Shown here: positions 44,561 through 57,599 of the stretch, piece by piece
Position numbering within the stretch: position 1 is the stretch's first letter
Layout of the letters: every line of letters begins with the position of its first letter
Source: the human T2T-CHM13v2.0 reference genome, Homo sapiens
Assembly (NCBI GenBank): GCA_009914755.4
Contig: CP068257.2
Coordinates: forward strand, 7,296,001 to 7,360,000
DNA: 64,000 nucleotides
Direction: 5' to 3'
The notes under the pieces: generated by a model
What the model was told of the DNA's origin: nothing
The model's input: only the letters and a program-made list of their open reading frames with translations
Database searches by the model: none
Position numbers and translations under genes: made by a program

Positions 44561-47299
44561 GGAATGGAATAGCATGAAATGGAAAGGAACGAAATGGAAT
44601 TAACCCTAGTGGAACGGAATGGAATGGAAAGGAATCAACCCGAGTGGAATGAAAGGGAATATAATGCAATGGAATGTAGCGGAATGAACCTGAGTCTAAT
44701 GCAATGGAATGGAATGGAATGGAGTGGAATGGAATGGAACGGAATGGAATGGAATGGAATGGAATGGAACGGAATGGAATCCAATGGAATCAACTGGGAT
44801 GGAATAGCATAGAATGGAATGGAATGGAATGGAATCAATCCGAGTGCAATGGAATGGAATGTATGGAGTGGAATGGAATGGAATGCAGTGAAATGGAATG
44901 GAATGGAATCAAACCGAATGGAATGGAACGGAATGGAATGGAATGGAAAGGAATGGAATGGAATGGAATGGTATGGAATGGAATGGAATGGAATGGAATG
45001 GAATGGAATAGAATCAACCCGAATGGGATGGAATGGAATGGAATGGAAGGGAATGCAATGGAATGCAATGGAATGCTATGGAATCATCCCGAGTGTAATG
45101 GAAATGCATGGAATGGAATGGAATGGAATGGAATGGAATGGAATGGAATGGAATCAACCCAAGTGCAATGGAATGGAATGGAATGCAACGGAATCAACCC
45201 GAGTGGAATGGAATGGAATGGAATGGAATGGAATGGAATGGAATGGAATGGAAAGGTATGAATGGAATGGAATGGAATGGAATGGAAACAGCACGAATGG
45301 AATGGCATGGAATGTAATGTAATGTAATGGAATGGAATGGAATGGAATGGAATGGAATGGAATGGAATGGCATGGAATCAACCCGAGTGGAATGGAATGG
45401 AATGGAGTTTAATGGAATGGAATAGAATAGATTGGTACGGAATCAACCCGTGAGGAATGGTATGGAATGGAATGCAATGGAATGGAATGGAATGGAATAA
45501 AATGGAATGGAATGGAATGGAATGGAATCAACCCGAGTGGAAGGGAATGGAATGGAACAGAACCAACCGGAGTGGAATGGAATTGAATGGAGTGGAATGG
45601 ACTGGACTGCAATGAAATGGAAAGGAACGGAATGGAATCAACCCGGGTAGAATGGAATAGAGTGGAATGGAATGGAATGGAATAAACCCAACTGGAATGG
45701 TATGGAATGGAATGGAATGGAATTAACACGAGTGGAATGGAATGGAATGGATTGCAATGGAATCAACAGGAGTGGAATGGTATAGAATGGAACGGATTAT
45801 AATGCAATGGAATGGAATCAATCCTGATGGAATGGAACGGAATGGCATAGAGTGGAATGGAATGGAATTGAATGGAATGGAATGGAATGGAATGGAATCA
45901 TCCCAAAAGGAATGGAACGGAATGAAATGGAAAGGAATGGAATGCAATGGATTTGAATGGAATGAAATGGATTCAACCCGAATGGAATGGAATGGAATGG
46001 AATGTTGTGGAATCAACACGAGTGGAATGAAATGAATGGATTGGAATGCAATGGAACGGAATGGAATGGAATCAACCTGAATGGAAAGGAACGGAATGGA
46101 ATGGAAAGGAATGAAATGGAATGGAATGGAATGGAATGGAATGGAATGGAATCATCCCGAGTGGAATGGAATGGTATGAAATGCAGTGGAATGGATTGGA
46201 ACAGAACGGAAAGGAATGGAATGTAATAGATTGAATCCGAGAGGAATTGTCTGGAGTGGAAAGGATTGGAATGGAATGCAAGGGATTCAACCCAGTTGAA
46301 TGTCATGTATTGGAAAGGAGTGGAATGGAATGGAATGGAAAGGAGTGGAATGGAATGGAATGCAATCAACACGAATGGAATGGAACGGAAAGGAATGGAA
46401 TGGAATGGAATGGAAACAACACGAATGGAATGGAACGGAACGGAATGCAATGGAATGCTGTGGAATGGAATGGAATGGAATGAAATAAACACGAATAGAA
46501 TGGAACGGAATGGAACGGAATGGAATGGAATGGAATGGAATGGAATGGAATGGAATGACATGAAATGGAAAGGAATGGCATGGAATCAACCCGAGTGAAA
46601 TGAAATGGAATGTAATGCAATGGAATGGAGCGGAATCAACCTGAGTCTAATGCAATGGAATGGAATGGAATGGAGTGGAATGGAATGGAATGGAATGGAA
46701 AGGAATGAATGGAATGGAATTAAATGGAATAGAATGGAATCAGCACGAATGGAATGGAATGGCATGGAATGGAATGGAATGGAATGGAAAGGATCGGAAT
46801 GGAATCAACCCGAGTAGAATGGAATAGAATGGAATGGAATGGAATGGAATCAACCCGAATGGAATGGAATGGAATGGAATGGAATGGAATGGAATGGAAT
46901 GGAATGAACACGAGTGGAATGGAATAGAATGGAATGCAATTGAATGGAATGGAATGCAAGGCATTGGAATCAACTGGAATGGAATGGAATGGATTGCAAT
47001 GGAACGAACCGGAGTGGAATCGAATAGAATGGAATGGATTATAATGCAATGGAATGGAATCAATCCTGGTGGAATGGAACAGAATGGCATGGAGTGGAAT
47101 GGAATGGAATGGAATGGAATGGAATGGAATGGAATGGAATGGAATCAACCCGAAAGGAATGGAATGGAATGAAATGGAAAGGAATGGAATGCAATGAGTT
47201 GGAATGGAATGAAATGTATTCAACCAGAATGGAATGGAATGGAATGTTATGGAATCAACACGAATGGAATGAAATGAATGGAATGGAATGGAATGGAAT

Positions 47300-48340
47300 G
47301 CAATGGAATGGAATGGAATGGAATCAACCCAAATGAAATGGAACGGAATGGAATGGAAAGGAATGGAATGGAATGGAATGGAATGGAATGGAATCATCTC
47401 GAGTGGAATGGAATGGTATGGAATGCAATGGAATGGAATGGAACAGAACGGAAAGGAATGGAATGGAATAGATGGAATACGAGAAGAATTGACTGGAGTG
47501 GAATGGATTAGAATGCAATGCAAGGGATTCAACCCAGTTGAATGTCATGGATTGGAAAGCACTGGAATGGAATGGAGTGGAAAGTAGTGGAATGGAATGG
47601 AATGCAATGAACACGAATGGAATGGAATGGAAAGGAATGGAATGGAATGGAACGGAATGCAATGGAATGGAATGGAATGGAATCAACACGAATGGAATGG
47701 AACAGAATGGAATGGAAAGGAATGGAATGGAATGGAATGGAATGGAATGGAATCATCCAGAGTAGAAGGGAATGGTATGCAATGCAATGGAATGGAATGG
47801 AACAAAAAGGAAAGGAATGGAATGGAATAGGTTGAATCCGAGAGGAATTTACTGGAGTGGAATGGATTGGAATGGAATGCAAGGGATTCAACCCAGTTGA
47901 ATGTCATGGATTGGAAAGGAGTGGAATGGAATGGAATGGAAAGGAGTGGAATGGAATGGAATGCAATCAACACGAATGGAATGGAAAGGAACGGAAAGGA
48001 ATGGAATGGAATGGAATGGAATGGAATGGAATGGAATGGAAACAACACGAATGGAATGGAACGGAACGGAATGGAATGAAATGCTATAGAATGGAATGGA
48101 GTGGAATGAAATAAACACGAATAGAATGGAACGGAATGGAACGGAATGGAATGGAATGGAATCAACAGGACGGTAATGGAATGGAATGGAATGGAATGGA
48201 ATGGAATGGAATGGAACGGAACGGAATCACCCTGAGTGTAATGGAAGGGAATTGAATGGATTGGAATCAACGGCAGTGGAATGGAAAGGAATGGAATGGA
48301 ATGGAAGGCAGTGGAATTAACTGGAATGGAAAGGAATGCA
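47300..48340. repeat. Block X (copy 1 of a pair)
   Basis: Matches 51850-53160. gaaagcactggaatgg occurs at 47555 and 52101, offset 4546. MSWIGKEWNGMEWKGVEWNGMQS[TK]RMEW occurs at 47901 and 52697, offset 4796. aataaacacgaatagaatggaacggaatggaacgg occurs at 48107 and 52903. ggaatcaccctgagtgtaatggaagggaattgaatggattggaatcaacgg occurs at 48226 and 53051. Confidence 0.6.
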
Positions 48341-51300
48341 ATGGAATAGAATGGAATGGAAGGCATTGGAATCACCTGGAATGGAATGGAATGGGATGGA
48401 ATGGAATGGAATAGAATCATTCCTTGTGTAATGGAATGGAATGTAATGGAGTGGAATGTAATGGAATGGTGTGGAATGGAATGGAATGGAATGGAATGGA
48501 ATCAAACCAAATGCAATGTAAAGGAATGAAATGGAACGGAATGGAATGGAATGGAATTTAATGAAATGGAATGGAATCAACCAGAAGGGAATGGTATGGA
48601 ATGGAATGGAATGGAATGGAATGGAATGGAATCAAACCAAGTGGAATGGAATGGAATGGAATGCAACGGAATCAACCGGAATGGAATGGAATGGAAAGGA
48701 ATGGAATGGAATGGTATGAAATCAACCGAGTGTAATGGAACGGAATGTAATGGAAGGGAATGGAATCAACCCGAATGGAATGGAACTGAAAGGAATGGAA
48801 TGGAATGCAATGGAATCAACCCTAGTGGAATGCAAAGGAATGGAATGGAAAGGAATGGAATGGAACGGAATGGAACGGAACGTAATGGAATGGAATGGAG
48901 TGGAATCACCACCAATGGAATGAAATGGAATGGAATGGAATGCAATGGAATGGAATCTAATGGTATCAACCCGAGTGGAAGGGAATGGAATGGAATGGAA
49001 TGGAATGGAATGGAATGGAATGGAATGGAATAGTATGGAAACTACCCTGGTGGAATGGTATTGAATGGAATGGAATGGAAAGGAACGGAATAGAATAAAA
49101 TGGAAAGGAATGGAATGGAAGCAACCAGAGTGAAATGGAATGGAATGGAATGGAATGGATTGGAATGGAATGGAATGGGATGGAATGAAATCAACCCGAG
49201 AGGAATGGAATGGAATGCAAAGAATCAATTGGAGGGGAATGCAATGTAATTTAATGGAAAGAAATGGAATGGAATCAACCCGAGTGGAGTGGAATAAAAT
49301 GGAATGGAATGGAATGTAATCAACCCGAGTGTAACGGAGTGGAATGGAATGGAATGGAATCAAACCGAGTGGAATGGAATGGAATGGAATGGAATGGAAT
49401 GGAATGGTATGGAATCAACCCGAATGGAATAGTATGGAATGGAATGGAATGGAATGGAACGGAATGGAATGGAATAAAATGGAATAGAATGGAATGGAAT
49501 CAACCCAAGTGAAATGGAATGGAAAGGAATGGAATGGAATCAACCAGAGTGGAATGGAATGGAATGGAATGGAAGGGAATGGAATCTAAAGGAATCAACC
49601 TGAATGGAATGGAATGGAATGGAAACACCAGAGTGGAAAGAAGTGGAATGGAATCCAATGGAATGGAAATAAACCAACACGAGTGGAATGGAATGGAATG
49701 GGAAGGAATGGAATGCAATGGAATGCTATGGTGTGGAATGGAGTCAAACCGAGAGGAATATAATGGAATGGATTTTAATGGAATGGAATGGAATGCAATG
49801 GAACGGAATGGAATGGAATCAACCGTGTGTAATGGAATGGAATGGAATGGAAAGGAATGGAATGGAATGCAATGGAATGGAATGGAATGGAAAGGAATGG
49901 AATGGAATGGAATGGAATCTACTCGATTGGAATGAAATGGAATCAACCCGAGTGGAATGGAATGGAATGCAATAGAATGGAATGGAACGGTATGGAATGG
50001 AACAGAATGGAATGGAGTCACCTCGAGGGGAAAGGAATGGAATGGAATGGGAAGGAAAGGAATGCAATGGAATGCAATGGTATGGAATGGAGTCAAACCG
50101 AGAGGAATGATATAGAATGGAATTGAATTGAATGGAATGGAATGGAATGGAATGGAATCAACCGTGTGGAATGAAATGGAATGGAATGGAAAGGAATGGA
50201 ATGGAATGGAATGGAATGAAATGGAATGGAATGGAATGCAATGGAATCAACTCGATTGGAATGGAATGGAATGGAATGGAACGGTATGGAATGGAACAGA
50301 ATGGAATGGAGTCACCTCGAGGGGAAAGGAATGGAATGAAAAGGAATGGAATGGAATGGGAAGGAATGGAATGCAATGGAATGCAATGGTATGGAATGGA
50401 GTCAAACAGAGAGGAATGATATGGAATGGAATTGAATTGAATGGAATGGAATGGAATGGAATGGAATGGAATCAACCGTGTGGAATGAAATGGAATGGAA
50501 TGGAAAGGAATGGAATGGAATGGAATGGAATGGAATGGAATGGAATGGAATGGAATGGAATGAAATGGAATGGAATGGAATGCAATGGAATCAACTCGAT
50601 TGGAATGGAATGGAATGGAATAGAACGGTATGGAATGGAACAGAATGGAATGGAGTCACCTCGAGGGGAAAGGAATGGAATGAAAAGGAATGGAATGGAA
50701 AGGGAAGGAATGGAATGTAATGGAATGCAATGGTATGCAATGGAGTCAAACCGAGAGGAATGATATGGAATGGAATGGAATGGAATGGAATGGAATGGAA
50801 TGGAATCAAAAGTGTGGAATGGAATTTAATGGAATGGAATGGAATGGAATGGAATGAAATGGAATGGAATGGAATGCAATGGAATCAACTCGATTGGAAT
50901 GGAATGGAATGGAATGGAACGGAATCAACCTGAGTGGAATGGAATGGAATGGAGTGGAATGAATGGAATGCAATGGAAAGGAAACTAATGTAATGGAATT
51001 GAAACAACCCGACTGGAATGGAATGCAGTGGAATGGAATGGAATGGAATGGAATGAAATCAATCCGGTTTCAATGGAATGGAATGGAATGGAGTGGAATA
51101 GAATGGAATGGAGTGGAATGGACTGGAATGGAATGAAATGAAATGGAATGGAATGGAACGGAATATACCCGAATGGAATGTAATGGAATGGAAAGAAATG
51201 GAATCAACAAGCGTGGAATGCAATGGATTGGAATGGAATTGAATGGAATGGAACGGAATCAACACGAGTGGAATGGAATGGAATGGAATGGAAAGGAATG

Positions 51301-51900
51301 GAATGGAATGGAATGAAATGGAATGGAATCAACCCTAGTGGAATGCAATGGAACGGAAAGGAATGGAATGGAATGGAATAAAATGGATAGGAATGGAATG
51401 GCATCAACCCCAGTGAAATGCAATGGAATGGAATGCAATGGAACCAACACGAGTGGAATGGAATGCAATGCAATGGAACGGAATGGATTCAATCCAAGTG
51501 GAATGGAAAGGAATGGAATGGAATGGAATGGAATGGAATGGAATGGAATGGACTCAACTGGAATGGAATGGAATGGAATGGAATGGAATGGAATGGAATG
51601 AATGGAATCAACATGAGTGGAATGGAATGGAATGTAATGGAATGGAATGGAATGAATGGAATCAACATGAGCGGAATGGAATGGAATGGATTGGAATGGA
51701 ATGAAAATAATTGAATGGAATGTAAGCAACCTGAGCGGAATGGAATGCAAAGGAATTGAAAGGAATGAAAGGAATGGAATTAACTCGAGTGGAATGGAAA
51801 GGAATGGAATGGAATGGAATGGAATGGAATGGAATGGAATGGAATGGATTGGAATGGAAAGCAATTCAACGGAATGGATGCAACCAGAATGGAATGGAAT
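48340..51900. repeat. Block Y (copy 1 of a pair, 6.1 kb offset decreasing to 5.6 kb)
   Basis: Peptide anchors 48551/54665 (offset 6114), 49264/55413 (6149), 49742/55927 (6185), 51059/56655 (5596) and 51701/57332 (5631). The offset drops because copy 1 carries two more ~330 bp sub-repeats. Confidence 0.65.
49700..50800. repeat. Short tandem sub-repeat, ~310-370 bp period, about 4 copies (2 copies in the paralogue at 55900-56320)
   Basis: gagtcaaaccgagaggaat[a/g]atatggaatgg occurs at 49742, 50092, 50401 and 50745, and in the paralogue at 55927 and 56296. ORFs 49842-50126 and 50132-50419 (+ strand, from the ORF track) share near-identical peptides of the form ...MESPRGER.GMKRNGMEWEGMECNGMQWYGMESNREE. 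Confidence 0.6.
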
Positions 51901-53160
51901 GGAATGGAATGGAATGGAATGGAATGGAATGGAATGGAATCATCCCGAGTGGAATGGAATGGTATTGAATGCAATGGAATGGAATGGAACAGAACGGAAA
52001 GGAATGGAATGGAATAGATGGATTACGAGAGGAATTGACTGGAGTGGAATGGATTGGAATGGAATGCAAGGGATTCAACCCAGTTGAATGTCATGGATTG
52101 GAAAGCACTGGAATGGAATGGAATGGAAAGTAGTGGAATGGAATGGAATGCAATCAACACGAATGGAATGGAACGGAAAGGAATGGAATGGAATGGAATG
52201 CAATGGAATGGAATGGAAACAACACGAATGGAATGGAACGGAACGGAATGGAATGGAATGATGTGGAATGGAATGGATTGGAATGAAATAAACACGAATA
52301 GAATGGAACGGAATGGAACGGAATGGAATGGAATGGAATGGAATGGAATGGAATGGCATGAAAAGGTAAGGAACGGAATGGAATTAACCCGAGTGGAACG
52401 GAATGGAATGGAAAGGAATCAACCCGAGTGGAATGAAATGGAATGTAATGAAATGGAATGGAGCGGAATCACCCTGAGTCTAATGCAATGGAATGGAACG
52501 GAATGGAGTGGAATGGAATGGAATGGAATGGAATGGAATAGAATGGAATCATCCCGAGTGGAATGGAATGGTATGCAATGCAATGGAATGGAATGGAACA
52601 GAAAGGAAAGGAATGGAATGGAATAGGTTGAATCTGAGAGGAATTGACTGGAGTGGAATTGATTGGAATGGAATGCAAGGGATTCAACCCAGTTGAATGT
52701 CATGGATTGGAAAGGAGTGGAATGGAATGGAATGGAAAGGAGTGGAATGGAATGGAATGCAATCAAAACGAATGGAATGGAACGGAACGGAATGGAATGG
52801 AATGGAATGGAATGGAATGGAATGGAATGGAAACAAAACGAATGGAATGGAACGGAACGGAATGGAAAGGAATGCTGTGGAATGGAATGGAATGGAATGA
52901 AATAAACACGAATAGAATGGAACGGAATGGAACGGAATGGAATGGAATGGAATCAACAGGAGGGGAATGGGATGGAATGGAATGGAATGGAATGGAATGG
53001 AATGGAATGGGATGGAATGGAATGGAATGGAATGGAATGGAATGGAACGGAATCACCCTGAGTGTAATGGAAGGGAATTGAATGGATTGGAATCAACGGG
53101 AGTGGAATGGAAAGGAATGGAATGGAATGGAAGGCAATGGAATTAACTGGAATGGAAAGG
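51850..53160. repeat. Block X' (copy 2). It is followed by ~1.3 kb (53160-54440, block Z) that has no counterpart after copy 1.
   Basis: See block X. Copy 1 continues at 48341 with aatgcaatggaatagaatggaatggaaggcattggaatcacctgg, which reappears only at 54441. Confidence 0.6.
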
Positions 53161-54439
53161 AATGGAATGGAATGGAATGGAATGGAATGGAATGAACGGA
53201 ATCAACCTCAGTGGAATGGAATGCAACGGAATGGAATGGAATAGAATGCAATGGAAAAGAATTGAATGGAATGGAAACACCCCGAGTGGAATGGAATGCA
53301 ATGGAATGCAATGGAATGGAATGGAATTGAAAGTAATGGAATTCAACGGAATGGAATTAACTCGAGTGGAATGGAATGGAATGGAATGGAATGAAATGGA
53401 ATGGAATGGAAACAAATTCAACGGAATGGAATAAAACAGAATGGAATGGAATGGAATGGAATGGAATGGAATGGAATGGAATGGTATCAACCCGTGTGAA
53501 ATGGAATGGAATGGATTGGAATGGAATCAACCTGAGTGGAATGGAATGGAATGGAAAGGAATGGAATGGAATCAACCTGACTGGAATGGAATGGCATGTA
53601 AAGGAAAGAATGGAATTGAATCGTATGGAATGGTATGGAGTCAACCCGAGTGGAATGGAATGGAATGGAATGGAATGGAATGGAATGGAATAGAATGGAA
53701 TGGAACGGAATCAACCTGAGAGGAATGGAATGGATTGAAATGGAATGGAATGGTATGGAATCAACCCGAGTGGAACAGAATGGAATGGAATGGAATGGAA
53801 TACAATGGTATGGAATCAATCGGAGAGGAATGGAATGCAATGGAATGGAATGGAATCAACCAGACTGGAATGGAACGGAATGGAATGGAATGGAATAGAA
53901 CGGAATGGAATGGAACGTAATGGAATGGAATGGAATCAACCCGAGTGGAATGGAATGGAACGGAATGCAATGGAATGGAATGGAATGGAACGGAACGGAA
54001 TTGAAAGGAATGGAATTGATTGAAACCGAATGGAATGGAATGGAATGGATTGGAAGGGAATGCAATGGAATGGAATAAACCCGAATGGAATGGAGTGGAG
54101 TGGAATGGAATGGAGTGGAAGGGAATGGAATGGAATGGAATTGAATGGAATGGAATCTACCCGAATGGAATGGAATTGCATGGAATGGAATGGAATGGAA
54201 TGGTATGGAATCAACCCGAGTGGATTGGTATGGAATGGAAATGAATGAAACGGAATTGAATGGAATAAAATGGAATGGAATGGAATGGAATCAACACGAG
54301 TGAAATGGAATGGAATGGTATCAACCCGAGTGGAATGTAATGAAATGGAATGGAAGGAAATGGAATGGAATGGAATCAACCCGAGTGGAAAGGAGTAAAA
54401 TGGAATGGAATGCAATCAAACCGAGTGAAATGGAATGGA

Positions 54440-57400
54440 ATGCAATGCAATGGAATAGAATGGAATGGAAGGCATTGGAATCACCTGGAATGGAATGGAA
54501 TGGGATGGAATGGAATGGAATAGAATCATTCCTTGTGTAATGGAATGGAATGTAATGGAGTGGAATGTAATAGAATGGTGTGGAATGGAATGGAATGGAA
54601 TGGAATGGAATGGAATCAAACCAAATGCAATGTAAAGGAATGAAATGGAACGGAATGGAATGGAATGAAATTTAATGAAATGGAATGGAATCAACCAGAA
54701 GGGAATGGTATGGAATGGAATGGAATGGAATGGAATGGAATGGAATGGAATGGAATCAAACCAAGTGGAATGGAATGGAATGGAATGGAATGCAACGGAA
54801 TCAACCGGAGTGGAATGGAATGGAAAGGAATGGGATGGAATGGTATGGAATCAACCGAGTGTAATGGAACGGAATGTAATGGAAGGGAATGGAATCAACC
54901 CGAATGGAATGGAACTGAAAGGAATGGAATGGAATGCAATGGAATCAACCCTAATGGAATGCAAAGGAATGGAATGGAAAGGAATGGAATGGAACGGAAT
55001 GGAACGGAACGGAATGGAATGGAATGGAGTGGAATCACCACCAATGGAATGAAATGGAATGGAATGAAATGCAATTGAATGGAATTTAATGGTATCAACC
55101 CGAGTGGAAGGGAATGGAATGGAATGGAATGGAATGGAATAGTATGGAAACTACCCTGGTGGAATGGTATTGAATGGAATGGAATGGAAAGGAACGGAAT
55201 AGAATAAAATGGAAAGGAATGGAATGGAAGCAACCAGAGTGAAATGGAATGGAATTGAATGGAACGGAACGGAATGGAATGGAATGGAATGGAATGGAAT
55301 GGAATGGAATGGGATGGAATGGAATGGGATGGAATGAAATCAACCCGAGAGGAATGGAATGGAATGCAAAGAATCAATTGGAGGGGAATGCAATGTAATT
55401 TAATGGAATGAAATGGAATGGAATCAACCCGAGTGGACTAGAATAAAATGGAATGGAATGGAATGTAATCAACCCGAGTGTAACGGAGTGGAATGGAATG
55501 GAATGGAATCAAACCGAGTGGAATGGAATGGAATGGAATGGAATGGAATGGAATGGAATGGAATGGTATGGAAACAACCCGACTGGAATAGTATGGAATG
55601 GAATGGAATGGAAAGGAATGGAATGGAATAAAATGGAATAGAATGGAATGGAATCAACCCAAGTGAAATGGAAAGGAAAGGAATGGAATGGAATCAACCA
55701 GAATGGAATGGAATGGAATGGAATGGAATGGAATGGAATGGAATGCAAGGGAATGGAATCTAAAGGAATCAACCTGAGTGGAATGGAATGGAATGGAATG
55801 GAATGGAAACACCCAAGTGGAAAGAAATGGAATCGAATCCAATGGAATGGAAATGAACCAACACGAGTGGAATGGAATGGAATGGGAAGGAATGGAATGC
55901 AATGGAATGCTATGGTGTGGAATGGAGTCAAACCAAGAGGAATATAATGGAATGGATTTTAATGGAATGGAATGGAATGCAATGGAATGGAATGGAATGG
56001 AATCAACCGTGTGGAATGGAATGGAATGGAATGGAAAGGAAAGGAATGGAATGGAATGGAATGGAATGGAAAGGAATGGAATGGAATGGAATGGAATGGA
56101 ATGGAATCTACTCGATTGGAATGGAATGGAATCAACCCGAGTGGAATGGAATGGAATGCAATGGAATGGAATGGAACGGTATGGAATGGAACAGAATGGA
56201 ATGGAGTCCCCTCGAGGGGAAAGGAGTGGAATGAAAAGGAATGGAATGGAATGGGAAGGAATGGAATGCAATGGAATGCAATGGTATGGAATGGAGTCAA
56301 ACCGAGAGGAATGATATGGAATGGAATTGAATGGAATGGAATGGAATGGAATGGAATGGAATAGAATGGAATGGAAACAACCGTGTGGAATGAAATGGAA
56401 TGGAATGGAAAAGAATGGAATGGAATGGAATGGAATGGAATGAAATGGAATGGAATGGAATGCAATGGAATCAACTCGATTGGAATGGAATGGAATGGAA
56501 TGGAATGGAACGGAATCAACCTGAGTGGAATGGAATGGAATGGAGTGGAATGAATGGAATGCAATGGAAAGGAAACTAATGTAATGGAATTGAAACAACC
56601 CGAGTGGAATGGAATGCAGTTTAATGGAATGGAATAGAATGGAATGGAATGGAATCAATCCGGTTTGAATGGAATGGAATGGAATGGAGTGGAATAGAAT
56701 GGAATGGAGGGGAATGGACTGGAATGGAATGAAATGAAATGGAATGGAATGGAACGGAATATACCCGAATGGAATGTAACGGAATGGAAAGAAATGGAAT
56801 CAACAAGAGTGGAATGCAATGGATTGGAATGGAATTGTATGGAATGGAACGGAATCAACACGAGTGGAATGGAATGGAATGGAATGGAAAGGAATGGAAT
56901 GGAATGGAATGGAATGGAATGAAATGGAATGGAATCAACCCTAGTGGAATGCAATGGAATGGAAAGGAATGGAATGGAATGGAATGGAATGGAATGGAAT
57001 GGAATGGAATGGAATGGAATAAAATGGATTGGAATGTAATGGCATCAACCCCAGTGAAATGGAATGGAATGGAATGCAATGGAACCAACCCGAGTGGAAT
57101 GGAATGCAATGCAATGCAACGGAATGGATTCAACCCAAGAGGAATGGAAAGGAATGGAATGGAATGGAATGGAATGGAATGGAATGCAATGGACTCAACT
57201 GGAATGGAATGGAATGGAATGGAATGGAATGGAATGAATGGAATCAACATCAGTGGAATGGAATGGAATGTAATGGAATGGAATGAATGGAATCAACGTG
57301 AGTGGAATGGAATGTAATGTAATGGAATGGAATGAAAATAATTGAATGGAATTTAAGCAACCTGAGCGGAATGGAATGCAAAGGAATTGAAAGGAATGAA

Positions 57401-57500
57401 ATGGAAAGCAATGGAATTCAAAGGAATGGAATTAACTCGAGAGGAATGGAAAGGAATGGAATGGAATGGAATGGAATGGATTGGACTGGAAAGAAATTCA
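54440..57500. repeat. Block Y' (copy 2)
   Basis: See block Y. Confidence 0.65.
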
Positions 57501-57599
57501 ACGGAATGGATTCAACCAGAATGGAATGGAATGGAATGGAATGGAATGCGATGGACTGGATTGGAATGGAATGGATTGGAATCAACTCGAGTTGAATGG

